Below are positions 1 to 13,600 of a DNA stretch of 64,000 nucleotides, piece after piece. Numbering within the stretch: position 1 is the first letter of the stretch; each line of letters starts with the position of its first letter. Under the pieces are notes generated by a model, which made no database searches, was not told where the DNA came from, and saw nothing but the letters and a program-made list of their open reading frames with translations. This DNA is from Dudresnaya verticillata (Eukaryota), in NCBI GenBank assembly GCA_977862235.1, contig OZ374557.1, forward strand, positions 3,782,001 to 3,846,000. Direction: 5' to 3'. Both the position numbers and the translations under genes were made by a program.

Positions 1-951
1 CGGCAGTCAGTCCAATAGGATACTCCTCTGCGGAGTCGAGGATCACGCCCTGGTTCGCATCAACCACGACGCAATGGTCCACGAGATGACCCTTCTCTTG
101 CATCAAACGGACGAGCCAAACACCGCTCGTGAGGTCGGCCAATAGTTGGAAAGCATGAACATCCTTTCCCAGTTGCACTTGCCTTCTGAAAGCTTTAGAA
201 GCCCTCAAGCAGAGCTTCAAGCCCATTTGCAGAAGTACCTGGCCCACTTGACCCAGCTTCTGCATGTGCTTCACTTCTGCTCTCCACACCTCACATGCCC
301 GCTTAGCTCCTGCGTCACGACAAATGATGCTAATGGAATTGATAGTCGCTGCTGGAACGCAGTCGAACTCGGAACTGCACGCCAAGAGACCCTTGCGGGC
401 GTTGAGAAGGTACGGAGCCAGGTCACCGTTGGCTTCTCGAGCACCCGGTCCACCCATCATCATGGCAACCACGGGATGGCGCTTGTAAAACTTGAGTACC
501 GACTCAAGTACTATGTGACCACTCCCTGGAGTACACTGCAGGCGGGTAATAGGAGGAGCGGAAACAACACACGAGCTTGGAATTGGAACTTCTTGTGGCG
601 CCACTTCTTTTGTCAAGTACGAAATGTTTCGGCCGGTACACCACCCAAAGTCGACGGAGAATGGATCCACTTCATGGTATGAGTCTAACCCACCCTTCCG
701 GTTAGCCTACCGTACCACCTCCCGCTCCACAGTGTCTTGCCATCCGCGCTGTACCCGGTACCAAGCAGAAGTGCGTCAATCTGCCAAGGTTCTTCGTCTT
801 TCCCATTTTGGACTTCTTCCCCAGCGCTGGGATCTTCTGACGTCTCCTTGATTTGACTCACTTGATGTTTACACGCCTTGGCCGCCGTCTTGCGCACTCC
901 TGCAATTCTGGGAACCTTCTTCGCACGTCGGCGCCCGCCCTTCGTCTTCAT
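1..951 (-). pseudogene. Chromo-like N-terminus plus papain-fold (C39-like) cysteine peptidase-like ORF, frameshifted near 705, running off the left edge
   Basis: Minus frame open 1-706 (missing from the ORF track because it has no stop): ...EFDCVPAATINSI...LVDHCVVVDANQGVILDSAEEYP, a Cys...His...Asp pattern. The upstream frame starts MKTKGG (ATG 951) and contains EEPWQIDALL...KTLWSGRWYG. TATATAAA lies at 1232-1239 on the minus strand. Confidence 0.5.
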
Positions 952-1761
952 GGTAACTCGGCGTACGCCAAGAGAATTGGTGCTCGGGATAGTGGTTAGT
1001 AGCGCGGGATGGGAGAGACCCCGAGGATAGGAGTGAACAACGTCCCCGGCTAGGCAAGCTGAGCTGCCGCTTGTCACTCGGGACAGAGGAGCACAGGTGG
1101 GCAGCGAAGGAGCGCAGGCGGGCATTGTTGACGACTTGCACAGAGACGGGCCCATCTCTGTGAAGCGTATGGTGGCGGGCAAGTGTGTGCAGGGAAGGGG
1201 TGAGTAGGAGCTGGGAGGGCAGGGGGTCTGGTTTATATAGCCCCGCCGGCCCCGCTCATACTCCGCAATTTGTCCGACCACGCTTCATCACACTGCCCGG
1301 CAAACCACCGACGATTGCATTGCCGCCAAATAAGATTCTGGAGTTTTGCTTACTTTTTCGGCCTTTATAGCGTAACGGAAGGATTTCGGCCACTCTCGCC
1401 GACGCCACAGTTACGACTGGGGGGAGTGTCGCGATAGGCCCGCATGGAGTCGTAACGGTCCACTGTAAGGCATCTTACAGTGCCCCTGGCGCCGTCGACG
1501 GACGGTTGCCGTTCGCGTCGTCCGCGCCGCTCGCAATTCCCGCCGCGGCGCGCGGCTACTTCAAGGCGCCCGACCGAACCGCAGCGGACCGCCCCTCCTC
1601 CAGAACCCAGAACCGAAGAAGAGAAGTATAGTAGCGTTGACATCCAGTCCGCTACTTCCGCCGCGGTGGACTGCTGCGGCCCTTCTCATACCTTCGGTAA
1701 ACCTCCACCCAGCCCTCTACGTGCTCTCGCTTCCGCCCCGCTCGCGCCCGCTACGCCTCCC

Positions 1762-2673
1762 TGTAGTGCCAGGGGGGGTCCCCCATTTTCGCTTTCAAGC
1801 GGGTTGATATGCAGCGTCTACCGACGGACGACCGCCAACGGCGCGCTCAACCCGCCCGCCGCGCAAACACGTCACCGACGCATGCCGCTGGCCACTCGGG
1901 CCAGAACGGCTCGCTTGGCGCGCAGACCGCACGCTTGAACCCGGGGCACTGTACGGCGCCACGCGTACGCGCGTGGCGCAGTGGGAGGAACGGTCGCTGT
2001 AAGCGTGACCCGAATCCGGATCCAATCGGGATCCCACATCGGGATCCGACATCGGGATTAGGTAGTGTAAGGCCCGCGCCTGTAAGCTTGGCGCACCCGC
2101 ATGGCTGGCCCGAATCCGGACTGGATCGGGATTGGCGCGAATCAAGACCGCACGCGCCGTGAGACGCATGCGGCTGTAAGGAAGTAATCCACGTGTAGGT
2201 GTAAGGACTCGAGTAGGGGAGCTACGCGCGATCTATCAGGAGCGCGGCTGCATGACGGACGGATCTGTCAGACGCGCCTTGGGACAACACGTGTCCCGAG
2301 TTCCCGCGCGGCGCCTACGCACGCATCGCCGCGCTAGGTAATTCTATACTTAGTTGATCCGTCTCAGACGTCACAGTAAACCCCGGCAAGCCGGCCTTGG
2401 TCCAGACTTCCCCGTTCAGCACGCGCGCACCCTACCGCTGCCTACGGCTAAGCGTCTACCTCCGTGCTTCCACGTCTCTACCCGTCCTTGACGGGTTCCC
2501 TTTCTGTTCTCTTTTGTTCTTCTTTTCCGCCTCGGGCATTTACAGTCCGCCAAAGGCGAGTCAACCGCTCTACCACCAGTCGCCTACGGCGAGGCTACTC
2601 ATCGCCGCAGGAGTCGCTACACACCGAGCCCCGAACTGCTCGGAGGTGTTCCGTCATCGACGTTTTCACTACA
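1762..2673 (+). repeat. 5' LTR of Gypsy-1 (912 bp)
   Basis: TGTAGTG...CACTACA inverted termini, immediately followed by the PBS; colinear similarity with the TSD-flanked solo LTR at 54574-55474. Confidence 0.85.
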
Positions 2674-2675
2674 AC

Positions 2676-2693
2676 TGGTCTCCCGACCTAGAA
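2676..2693 (+). promoter_or_regulatory. Primer-binding site TGGTCTCCCGACCTAGAA (probably tRNA-Tyr)
   Basis: 2 nt after the LTR end. The complement ends ...GGGAGA-CCA (G72, A73, the eukaryotic tRNA-Tyr signature). The identical motif occurs at 51074-51091 (-) and 56936-56953. Confidence 0.8.
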
Positions 2694-2800
2694 GTGTGCT
2701 ATGTTTCAACGAGTTACTCCGTCGTGCGACGTCCGACCTTCCGTCTCTAGACGTTCGTCGCTAATCGTCCACGACGTTCAAGCAACTCTAGGACTGCATT

Positions 2801-5356
2801 ATGGCCTCACGACCGCCGCCGTCGCGAGGCCCCAGTTCAAGAAGACCGTCATCGACGCCGGGAAGTGTTCCCGCGTCGGAGCGGTCGCTACGGCGGATGA
2901 AAACGAGGTCTGGGCGCCTCGTGAGCCCAGAGATCGCATCGGCCTTCCCGACTGGTCCGGGCCACAACCAATCCCAAATATCGCTCAAGAGGGGAGAAGT
3001 ACCTCCCCCGCCGGTACCCGTCGTCATTCGCACCACCGTTCCCAACGAATCGGCCCTCCGAATTTACCACTCGCACGTGGACTCCGCTGACACGGTACAA
3101 GCCGAACAGCGACCCGTCGAGGACGGAGCCCAAGCCGACATCGTCGAGGAACAACCGGAAGTTCCGGTTCACCAACCAACCTTACCCGTCAACGACGACC
3201 AGGGACGCCCTGCGGGGCGCGACGTCGTAGACGAATCACCAATCCCAAGGGGCTGCTGTCCCTCACCCCACGGCAGTGCTGGATGTTCACCGGCCAGGCC
3301 GTTAGCGCAACCGCGCAGCACGGGAGGTCCGCCGCAGGCGTCGACCCCCGCGCACACACCGCCAATAGCGTCCCCAGCATCCACCCGCGGTGGTAATCTC
3401 ACGATACCTCGCGAGCGGATTCGGGAAGTATGCGTCGCCGAAGACGATAACCTACTCGCTCGATTTGCGGGAATGCTCGACGGCAATGTCGGAGGTATTT
3501 TCAGCCGTCTGCAGACGTTGGAAGAAGATCGGGACGGTGCCCTTCAAGGACTCCGTTCCGACCTCGACCGTCTGATGACGAAACCCAACCACGGGATAGA
3601 TGCACCGCAGCCAGCGGCATTGACGATCCACTCTCAGTCGGAACTGAGTTCACGTGAACGCTTTCAGCGATTAACAACCCGCTTGGAGCGACTGGAAACC
3701 GCCAAATGGCGCCAAGAGCCGCCGTCTGATGACGATAGTTCCGAGGAAGACCGTCGCCGACGCAAAGATCGTAAGAAACGGGGCAAGAATCGTCGCAAGT
3801 CGCGTCATGGACGGAAGAAGAACCGTCACCGACGAGGGGACTCATCCTCATCCTCTTCGGACACGTCTAGTGACGATGGCTCAACCGACTCTTCGTCAGG
3901 CGACGACGCCCACGTGACTCACGGCAGTGCAATACGACCCCGCGGAAAGCGATACAAGGGACTGAAGGAGCTAAGTCCCTCCAACCCTCTCTTCGACCAG
4001 CTGCTATCGTACCGCACATATCGTCTCCAAGACGTAGGACAGAAGCGCTCTGGACGCGAAGCCGGGAAGGTCAAAGATCATATCAAGCGACTCGAGTTAA
4101 CGATGAAGGTCGCCGCCTTCAACGGCAGCGACCCCGTGATGGTTCTCGAATTTTTAACGCGGTTCGCGGATGAAGCGGACACGCTAGAGATGAGCGAAGC
4201 ACAAGCGTTCGTCGCGCTGCCATACTTCTCAGGAGGCACGGCAGCTACGCAATTCCGCTCCGTCAAATCGACGTCCTCTCGCCACCGCGGCGGCGTATCA
4301 TCGTACCCGGAGGCGGTGCACTACCTCCTCCGCACGTACGCCACGCCTTCGGCGATTCGAGACGCCGTCCTCGCCCTGCGGTCGACTAGTCAGAAGCAGG
4401 GCGAAGACGAAACGACCTACGGCATGAGACCCGCCGGCGCATGTATTCGTTGCGGTAACGTTTATCCCGAATGGGAAAAGATGACACTGTACATCGATGG
4501 GTTAGACCCGACGATCAGGTCCTTAGTGGACCGCTTCAGCGGAGAAACGCCGAGGGCGGAATTATCTTTCGAACGTTTAGTCCACTTCGCGCAAGACGAA
4601 GGCGACGTGCAACGCGCAAGACACGGCAGGGCCGGCTCAACGTTATTAAGACGGGATATAATGGCCCCGGCCCAAGCCGCTCGCGCATTGCGCCCCGCCA
4701 TTGGCGACAAACGAACGGTTCTACGTCAACAGACGAGGGGCACGAAGCCTGCCGCACGCGCTATGATAGCGGAGTCTTCCGTTTAGTTCCGTGACGTCAC
4801 CCGTCATGCGGACGATATGGAAACACACGCCGATGGCGATCTCTACTTGGCCGATGAACAAGCGTCAGTGCCGACGTCAGCGTTACCAACGGACAGCTAC
4901 GTCGAAGACGAGGACACAGGAGCAATGGATCCTACACTCGCCTTTGGGCGTTCCGTTGTGCCCACGCCACGCGTTCCGTACTCGGAGTATGCCCCCCACG
5001 TCCATCGGGCGAGGCCAGGTTGGCAAGATAGGGGTCCGTCCCGTCAAGACGCTCGCAGACAGTTGATGTGTCATCAGTGTTATGCCCGCGGCCACATCGC
5101 ACCGGACTGCTTCCTCCGCATGAGCGAGTATATGAAAGCGATCGCCAACTATGAAGGCTTAACAGACGCCGAGAAGGCGGGGGTCCCCGCTGACGCGTAC
5201 ACTCGGTACAAAGAACGCGCCGCGCACGAAGCAGCACGCCGTGCAGCACGACCGCCGTCGCCAAGGGGCGGACCTATGCCACATGCAGCAGAACGTCATC
5301 CGACGGTGATCAATCGCTACACAGCGCCGCTACAACCGCCACAGGCGAAAACCTAA
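2801..5356 (+). pseudogene. gag: Gypsy-1 gag (in-frame stop at 4784-4786)
   Basis: Retrotransposon capsid-like FNGSDPVMVLEFL...LYIDGL and zinc knuckle CHQCYARGHIAPDC. Confidence 0.9.
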
Positions 5357-8300
5357 TGAGGTTACCAACTCCTGACACTGGGGTGTCGCCCCAAGCAGAG
5401 AGGCTTCCGCCTCGGGTGCTGACACGGAAGGAGGACCCGAACTTAGTTAACAAATACGCCGATAGGCGGGTAGACTCGTCACAGACGTCCTTGAAGCGCC
5501 CCTGGCGTAGGTACCAGCCCCCACAAGCCCGGGGACAGTTGTTCGTAATGGCCAAAAGGAACTAAAAAGTATACGCCGATCTAGGCGTAACTGTAGGTAC
5601 CTTGGCACGTAAACGCACTGTCCTCGACACGGTGGCTGGTCCGAATTTCATCCGTATTGACGATATTCCGCTAGAAGCGCGATCACGGATCGTATCCAAG
5701 AGTCTCCCCGTCATATCAGACGCTAACAACAAGGCGATTCAGACCAGGGGCACTATGGACTTAGTCGTACGTCTCGGACGAAGGGTTTTCAAGTTGGAGT
5801 TGATCGTCTGTGAACGGCTCGCTGCGCCGGTTATACTCGGTTGCGACTTTTGCGACCGCTTCGTCGAAGCGATTTATCCGCGGAGTCGCGAGATTGAGTT
5901 GGACGACGGGACCCGTGTCCCTATAACGCGCCGCCAGCTGCGGCGGCCCCCGTCGTACCCCCGTTGCCAACGGAGCAAGAGTACGGCACGGCCGGAGGAC
6001 GAACGTCGCCCAAGATACGCGTTGCGGAACGAACGATCATCCCGCCATAGGCGCAAAAGTGGATCTCGGTAACGACCGAGCGAGCAGGGTTCATTACCAT
6101 CCAACCGTTTGGGACGTTATATGATCGACAAGCTTTGGCCGTTACTAACGGAGTCGCTCAAGTAGAGCCGCTGAGAGTGTTCCGGATTCTCGTCGCAAAC
6201 TTCTCCCCGCGTCTGCAAGCGCTCGTCAAAGGACAAGTCGTCGCTACCGCGTTGCCACATCCCACAGCAGTGTTCCCCAGTCACATAAGTCTGGCCGATG
6301 TCCTAGGTATCACCTAGGAGCAGGCAGTGGAGGAAGAGGCGAATCAAGATTTCCGTTATCAAACGAATGATGGAGTAACGGCACAGCCGGGTGCATTCGC
6401 TAAGTCGATCGAAGCAACTGTAGCGAAACCTCCGTCAGTGGACGAGTTGGACCTGAGTCATCTCTCAGTCGAACATCAAGGACGGCTGAAGGAGATGCTG
6501 CGCAGGTACTCGTCGATGTGGGACGGTTCATTAGGAGAAATCGCAACCACGGAGCACTATATTGACTTGCTCCCCGACTCCAGGCCGATTTCATCCCCGC
6601 CTTACCGCGCTGGCCCAAAGCAAAGGCAACTCGCTCAAGCGGAGGTGGATCGCATGTTGCGTCAGGGGGTTATCGAACCAGCGCAATCGCCATGGGCGTC
6701 GCCGGTCGTCTTTGCTCCCAAGAAGGACGGTACACTCCGCTTCTGCGTTGACTACCGTCGCTTAAACGCAGTAACGGTACGAGATACGTACCCTCTCCCG
6801 CGAATCGACGAATGTATTGACAGTCTAGGGGAATCGAACGTCTTCACCACCCTAGACTGCAATAGTGGTTACTGGCAGGTGCCCATCAACCCGCGAGATC
6901 GCGACAAGACGGCGTTCACGTGTCATGCCGGATTGTTCCGCTACAAGCGTATGCCCTTCGGACTTACGAACGCACCGGCCACGTTTCAACGAACACTCGA
7001 TATCCTGCTTGCTGGTTACAAGTGGCGCTCATGCCTCGTCTACCTTGACGATGTGATCATCTTCTCGAACGATATTAACAGTCACTTCCGTCACGTTGAC
7101 GAGATCCTTTCGACCTTGCATCGGGCCGGGGTGACATTGAAGTTAACCAAGTGCGACTTCTTCACCCCGACCGTCAACTATCTCGGCCATGTAATACGTC
7201 CGGGACGATTGGAAGTAGACCGTACGGTCACAGCCGCGTTACGCGAAGCCAAGCATCCGCGGGACCAGAAGAAATTACGGAGCTTTCTCGGATTATGCAA
7301 CGTCTATAGACGGTTTGTATCTCGATACGCGCATGTCGCCGCTCCCCTCAACAAATTGTTAAGGAAAGAGCAATACTTCCGGTCACAACCGTTCACCGAG
7401 GAGCAAGCTCGCGCATTCAGTACGCTTGTCGAAGCGGTGACTCACCCGCCCATCCTGGCGTTGCCACAACAAGGACTACCGTACTCCGTCGATTGTGACG
7501 CGAGCGAGTACCAAGTTGGCTGCGCACTCTTTCAAGCGCAGCCTGATGGCGAACGGAAGCCGCTTGGCTACTGATCACGCTCATTAACCGCTCCGGAGCG
7601 CAACTACTCGGTATCCGAAAAGGAATGCCTAGCAGTAGTCTGGTCGATCACGACGTTGAGACCGTACCTTCAAATGGAGTCCTTCGTAGTCCATACGGAC
7701 CATTCGTCGTTGAGGTGGCTCATGGAAATCAGCGACCCCTCGGGACGGTTAATGAGATGGCGCCTTCGCCTCTCTGAGTTCGACTTCGTCGTGAAGTATA
7801 AAAAGGGGTACCTGAATACTCAGGCAGATGCCCTCTCACGTCTACAGACGAACGGCGAAACTGTCGAACCAATCGACGATGATATCCCGTGTTACCACGG
7901 AAGTTGCGTCAAAGACGAGGATCACTCGTCAGAGGACAGCTACGCACACGCAGAAAGCGATACGTCAAACGCCAAGAGCGAAGTCGATTTCTCCGAACGA
8001 GACTTCGAGGAGTTTGAACAGATGTTCGCTACCAACGCGCCACCGGCGGATGAAGTGCTCCTCCGTCAATTGACGCATGAAGAGTTGGTGCATGCTCAGG
8101 GCAGTGACCAGTACTGTTCCGAGATCCGGAAACGTCTAGACGACGGAGACAACCTACCGTTTGCAACGGACGAACAGGGACTATTGGTTCGGACCGTCGA
8201 GGCCCGACCCCAAGTCGTTGTACCATCCGCGTTACGCGTTCGATTGCTCCATCTCCGGCATCATGCTAAATTAGCAGGACATCCAGGAGGGCGGAAGCTG

Positions 8301-10093
8301 TACCACACGCTTCAACGCGAGTATTATTGGCCGTCTATGGCGGTGGACTGTTACGCGACCGTCCGCAATTGCGTTACTTGCGCGAAGAACCGGGTACTGA
8401 TGCGAAAGAACGTGAAGGAGATGAAACTGTTCCCAGCAACCGAGCCTCTCGAGTTTGTGTCCATCGATATACTCGGGGAGCTCATACGCACTAAGCGGGG
8501 GAATAAATTCCTACTCGTCATCGTGGACCGCTTCTCAAAGCTGGTCCGGACGGTTCCCCTACGTAAGATTACGGCATTGGAAATCGCTAAGGCGTTTGTT
8601 CGACACTGGGTGTTCGTGTATGGCCCACCCAAGAAGCTGTTGTCCGACAACGGGCCGCAATTTGTAGCCAGATTGTTTCAGGACGTCTGCCGCATCTTAG
8701 GGGTGGAGAAGCTCTTCACCACTACATACCATCCGCAGTGTAACGGCCAAGTGGAACGATTCAATCGAACCATCCTCGCCTCCCTGCGTCACTATGTAGC
8801 AGACCACCCCAGGGACTGGGATCTGTTCACCGATGCCTTGACGTTCGCGTACAATACGCAACTGCACTCGTCTACACACCTCGCTCCATTCGAACTGGTG
8901 TTATCTAAGCCCCCGCGGCCATTGTCGCTGGAAGCGGAGCCGTCGCTTGAAAGCGTGCCCACTGCCGGACAGTACTACACCAAATGGCGAACCTGGCTGT
9001 CCGCATTGATGGGAACCGCTAACGCGTCGCTCGCGAAAACGCAGGCGCGTTACAATCAGAACTTCGATACTCGTCTGAGGAAATCGAAGGAGAACATCGC
9101 CGTGGGCGACTTCGCATTCGTGCGGAAGGAATACTTCGCCCGCGGCGGGAGCACCGATCGCTCAGAGCGCAAGCACAAGCTCGCACCTGTAGCGGATGGA
9201 CCGTATCGAGTAACTCATGTCGACGACGGGACAGTCACCGTTGACAAGGGACGTGGAGAACGCGAAGGTTATCCCGGGACCGCGTGGTATGGGCGCCAAC
9301 CCCACCAGGGCACACAGCCCCCGCAACCGTGCAACCACCGGGACCACCTCACGTACCGGGGCCCACGGCCCCCACGTCAACCGACGAAAGAGCAGGAACC
9401 CCAGGCACGCCACAGGCGGACCCGGCAGGAGGCACAGGGACACCGCGCAGCACGGACGACTCGCAGGAGCGAATGAATGCAACGCCACGAAGTCGAGGGT
9501 TAGCAGAGCTCTCGCCCTTCGCCGCTAACCCCGACGACGGCATATCGCAATCCGTCTCCGAAGAGGCGGAGGGTCCCGGCATCCGTACGCGAATGGGACA
9601 CGCAACCTCGGCTTCGCCGGCTACCAAGGTAGGTCCCGCTTCGAGCGCATCGACTGACGATGAGGAAGACCGCGCTAACGCGAAGGACGCCGCTAGAAGC
9701 GAGGAACCAGTACGCAGAAGCGACGAACCACAAACCGCTACGCAAGTGCTCGGGGCACCGTCCCAGCGCCTCAGGCGATCGACTCGTCGAGTACGATTTG
9801 CTGAACCGGGGCAGACGCCCATCATGCAACGAAGTGAACCGCCCGAGGCGTTAGAACGGCAGGAGCCCACGTCAACCGCTGCAACCGCGAAGGAGTACGT
9901 TATCGAAAGCGTTGAGTCGCACGCACACGCGGAAGACGGTGAGATCCTCTACCGCGTCAAGTGGTTTGGATACCCCGCTTCAGCGAATACCTGGGAACCC
10001 GTGTCCAGTCTACCGCGATCGCACGTCGTGCGGTATCACCGTCAGAAGCACACGCGTCTGCCGCCAAACATCGACGACGCGCAACGCGGATAA
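5356..10093 (+). pseudogene. pol: Gypsy-1 pol: aspartic protease, RT, RNase H, integrase, chromodomain (stops and frameshifts)
   Basis: VLDTVAGPNFI...VILGCDF; RFCVDYRRLN...MPFGL...YLDD; DASEYQVG, TDH, ADALSR; HPG...CVTC, IDI/SDNG/NGQVER; EYVIESVESH...YRVKWFGYPASANTWEP. Confidence 0.97.
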
Positions 10094-11301
10094 CCCTAGT
10101 CAGGGTGGGCGCTGGAAGCGAAACACACTCCACATCCCCATACGGATTGATGCGGGCGTGCACTCGTTACGGACGACTGGGGCTGTAATCAACCGGATGC
10201 AGGACGATTGGGTTGGCGACACGCGAATAGGCAACCCTCTTCGGAGGGGGTCCGTAAGGACAGAACGGCTGACAGTAGTCAGAAGGCGTGGAGGGCGCAC
10301 GCACCACACGAAATCGGGCAACAAACGAAATGGAAAATTTTAATGTGAAAATAATAACGCGGGCAACAGCCAGGCGGCGGCGCCCAACAAACGGGAACCT
10401 GACAAGTGTGTACCCCAGCACTACGAGCGCCCACGAGACAACCAAGCACGGACGCGACAAACCGTCTCCGACGTCCTCGCCCAGGCGCGCCACCCATGGC
10501 CAAGTCCGAAACTCGTCACCCTTACGGTCGGCGCACGCAACCGCCTCGAGGGTGACGCTCGCGAACGTCAACGACGCGTCTCAAGCCGAAAAAGAGCTCT
10601 CGCCCGCAAACACGAGAGAAGAAAAGTCGTCGAAGACGGAGTTGGGCTACGTTTCGTGCACGACGCGCTAATCGCAAAAATGACTCCGCCGCTGGGCGCA
10701 GCAGCCACACCCAGGAGTCGCAAGAAACGCGTCCAACGCGCGGCGCATCGCCAAGCTAGTCGTCCCCGACGCTAACCCAACATGCCCTACGTCAACGACG
10801 AGAATCCAACCGACAAACGGCTCCCCAACTACCTATTTGCTTAACAAGCGGGATCACAATTTGAACAAAACGACTAAGTCGGCATGAGAAAATAGGCCCT
10901 CCCGAAAGGGCTTACGCTACTGTAGCGACATCAAGAAAGGAGAAAAACGCCACCAAGGCGGCACCGCCCCAAGCTTTTACGCAAACGCTACTACAGAGGA
11001 CAGACAACAACAACGTCTATACGAACGGGACCCGTCGGCTACCTACTATTCGCTATCGCAGCGCTATACATCAAGTGGACACACAAGCAACTACGTTCGA
11101 CAACGGTCAAGTTTATTCGGGCTTCATAAGCGAGGGTAACCCCCGTGCCCGTATGACCTTCCACTACAACCTACGTCGCGAGACGCGGCACTAACCGTCT
11201 ATGACGTACCAATCACTCGCTCGCCGCCCCGCCGCGGGACAAGCGGAGCGACACCACACGCACTCTCGCGCCCACAAACCGTTCTTAACGATCCACCAAC
11301 G

Positions 11302-13475
11302 CTACGGCTTTTCCGTCGCAGACGGCCCAGATGGGGCATCATCCCCGACGCCATTGGCGGATTCTCTTAACGCCTCTTCGTAGAGGTCGTCTTCCGTCAC
11401 CGACGGTGCGCTCGCAGCAGGGGCAGGGACGGACCGCAAGGGACCCGCCACAACCACTGCTGTCGAAGTCGCGACATCCGCCGCTGGCGCCACATTTGGC
11501 TCACAATCCGCCTTAGGCGACGACTGTTCGTCAACCGCCATAGGCGCAACGTTGGAATTATTATCCGCCCCAGGCGCTACACCAGGAAGCTCACTCGCCT
11601 TTGACGGCGGAGCATCCTCAGACGCCCTGGGCGAAGTCGACGGCCCCGGCACCTCCGGTGACGGGACCACATTAACCGCCAAAGGCGTTGAACGATCAAC
11701 ATCCGTCACCGACGAAGAGGCCACTGGAGCCTGCGGAGCCGCCGTAGGTGCTACCACCGCACTCGCCTTTGGCGGACTTTTGTCAACAACGTCAGAGGAC
11801 GCAATGGCGGACGAACCCGCACAACCCGCCTTAGGCGACAAAGGCTTTTTCGCCACTCCGTCATTAGACGCCGCACCTTCGTCGTTAGACGGCACAGTCG
11901 CAACGACGCTCGACACCGGAACCACAGCAACACTGGGCTGCAGAGCAGCCAGCAGCGAGTGCCCAAGGGGCGTCGTGGATGACCCACCCGACCCGTCAGT
12001 GACGACACCGGTGGCTCGCAAGAATGCGAGCACCGTGCGGCGCTGCTCCTCAGTCCATTCTGGCACTGCAGGAGCGCGATTCACACCGTCAACGACGTTA
12101 GATAGGTCGCCTTGAGGCGTAACTGCAGACGCAGAACTCGCCACGGGCGCAGCCATAATGGCATCACCATCACCGTCTTCGACGGGCGCTGAGCGTTCCA
12201 ACGGCGCAACCGACGGCAAGCCAACAGGCACCACAGCCGACGGCCCTACCGCCGCTGGTGAAATCGTCGCAGGAGCTGACGCCCCGCAGTAAGCTCATCC
12301 GCCATAGGCGTAACGACGTCCGTCCCAGACGGGTTAACTGGTCCGCTGTTAGCATGGAACGCATCCTCCTACGCCATCAAGGCGCTCAAGTGGGGTGGGA
12401 AATCCCCCGCAAAGTCGCAATTCTTGCGCAACCCACGTGGGTGATTCGCTGGCGTGAAGCGGTCCGTACGACGATGACTCTCAGCGATGTTCTCCGTTGT
12501 AAGACGTTTGGTCCACGGGTTGTACCACACCCAATCGCCACAGGCGGATTGATTTCTACTCATCGCGTAACGCGGACGGTTTGCCTTACGGCGCCTGTTT
12601 CCCGGCGGCACAGCAACCGGGTCGTCCCAGTTGACGATATCCGCCACATGGCGTAGATCCCAGAACTCTTGGCAGTTCCTGGCACCGCCCAGCGCTTCGG
12701 CCAGGTCAAGCCCGCCAAGGAGGCTGACTACGCGTGGCGGCACGTAATAGATTCGGAAGGTGTCATACACCTCCCACATCCATGCGTAAGTTACGTTAAT
12801 GACCCACTCGGTGAAGAATACGATCCAACATCGGGAGTATGGATCCGTCCGCAACTCGGAGCCAATATACGTGACACACGGAGACAATTCAGCCGCAAAG
12901 CCCTCGCAGACCTCAAAGTCCCGCCACATCGGCGGGACGCGAATGAAGCAATGCGGCAACTTTTCCCGCTCAATGCGATCGACTTGCGTATCTTGATACG
13001 GTACAAAAACGCCTTTGCGGCTGCGCGTTTCGCACTCCCAACGGACGCAGCGCTCCCAATAGAAGGTGCCCGTCCTATGCAAGTATCGAAAATCCGCTTT
13101 CAAGCGTACACCAAGGAGGTTAGCCTCCTGAAGCACCCGCGGCTCAGCCGAAACAGCCACATGGTTTAACGACAACGTCCCAAGACGGTCCCCATAACCA
13201 ACCTCGCCATTTGTGCGGTACTGCCCTGCGTCAAATTCAAAGACGGTGGGCGTCAATACCGACCCCGGATAGCGGGTAAACCGTCGATACACGTCAACGA
13301 CGAAACGCACATGCGCATCTGCACGCGTCTGGCCGGCAGCAATACGCAGCCAACCCCTCGGAATGGCGCACCGATGGCGCCACTCTTTCGTCCATACGAC
13401 GGCCAAAGGCAACTCCCCTGGCAAAAATCCGCTCACAGCGTAATGGGTAATGAGGTCCTCGTGTCGTTTGGGCAT
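11302..13475 (-). pseudogene. Antisense accessory ORF in the Gypsy-1 3' region: 368-aa Trp/Tyr/Arg-rich domain plus Ala/Pro/Ser-rich disordered tail
   Basis: ORFs 12369-13475 and 11302-12234 join through one TAG (12369-12371) and one frameshift (~12285); ~720 codons in total. Confidence 0.65.
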
Positions 13476-13600
13476 AATTTAGGGGCTACAGGTAGGGGTG
13501 GGCGGGCACAGTGCGGCGTGGGGGTGGGGTTTTGTGGACTTTTAGCGGCGTGGTAGGAGTGGGTGTCGCGGGCTTGTCTAGGGTGAAGGGGCGCGGTCGC

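Larger units (their letters stand above)
1762..13600 (+). mobile_element. Gypsy-1: chromodomain Ty3/Gypsy LTR retrotransposon, decayed, 3' LTR not found (right boundary approximate)
   Basis: 5' LTR, PBS, gag and PR-RT-RH-IN-chromo order, followed by a long 3' region with an antisense ORF. Confidence 0.9.

Noticed and set aside
146..682. Plus-strand 178-aa ORF
   Set aside because: Shadow of the codon-aligned minus-strand peptidase-like frame
1461..1482. CACTGTAAG-GCAT-CTTACAGTG hairpin as LTR start or terminator
   Set aside because: The LTR start is better placed at 1762 by terminal repeats and solo-LTR homology; no function supportable
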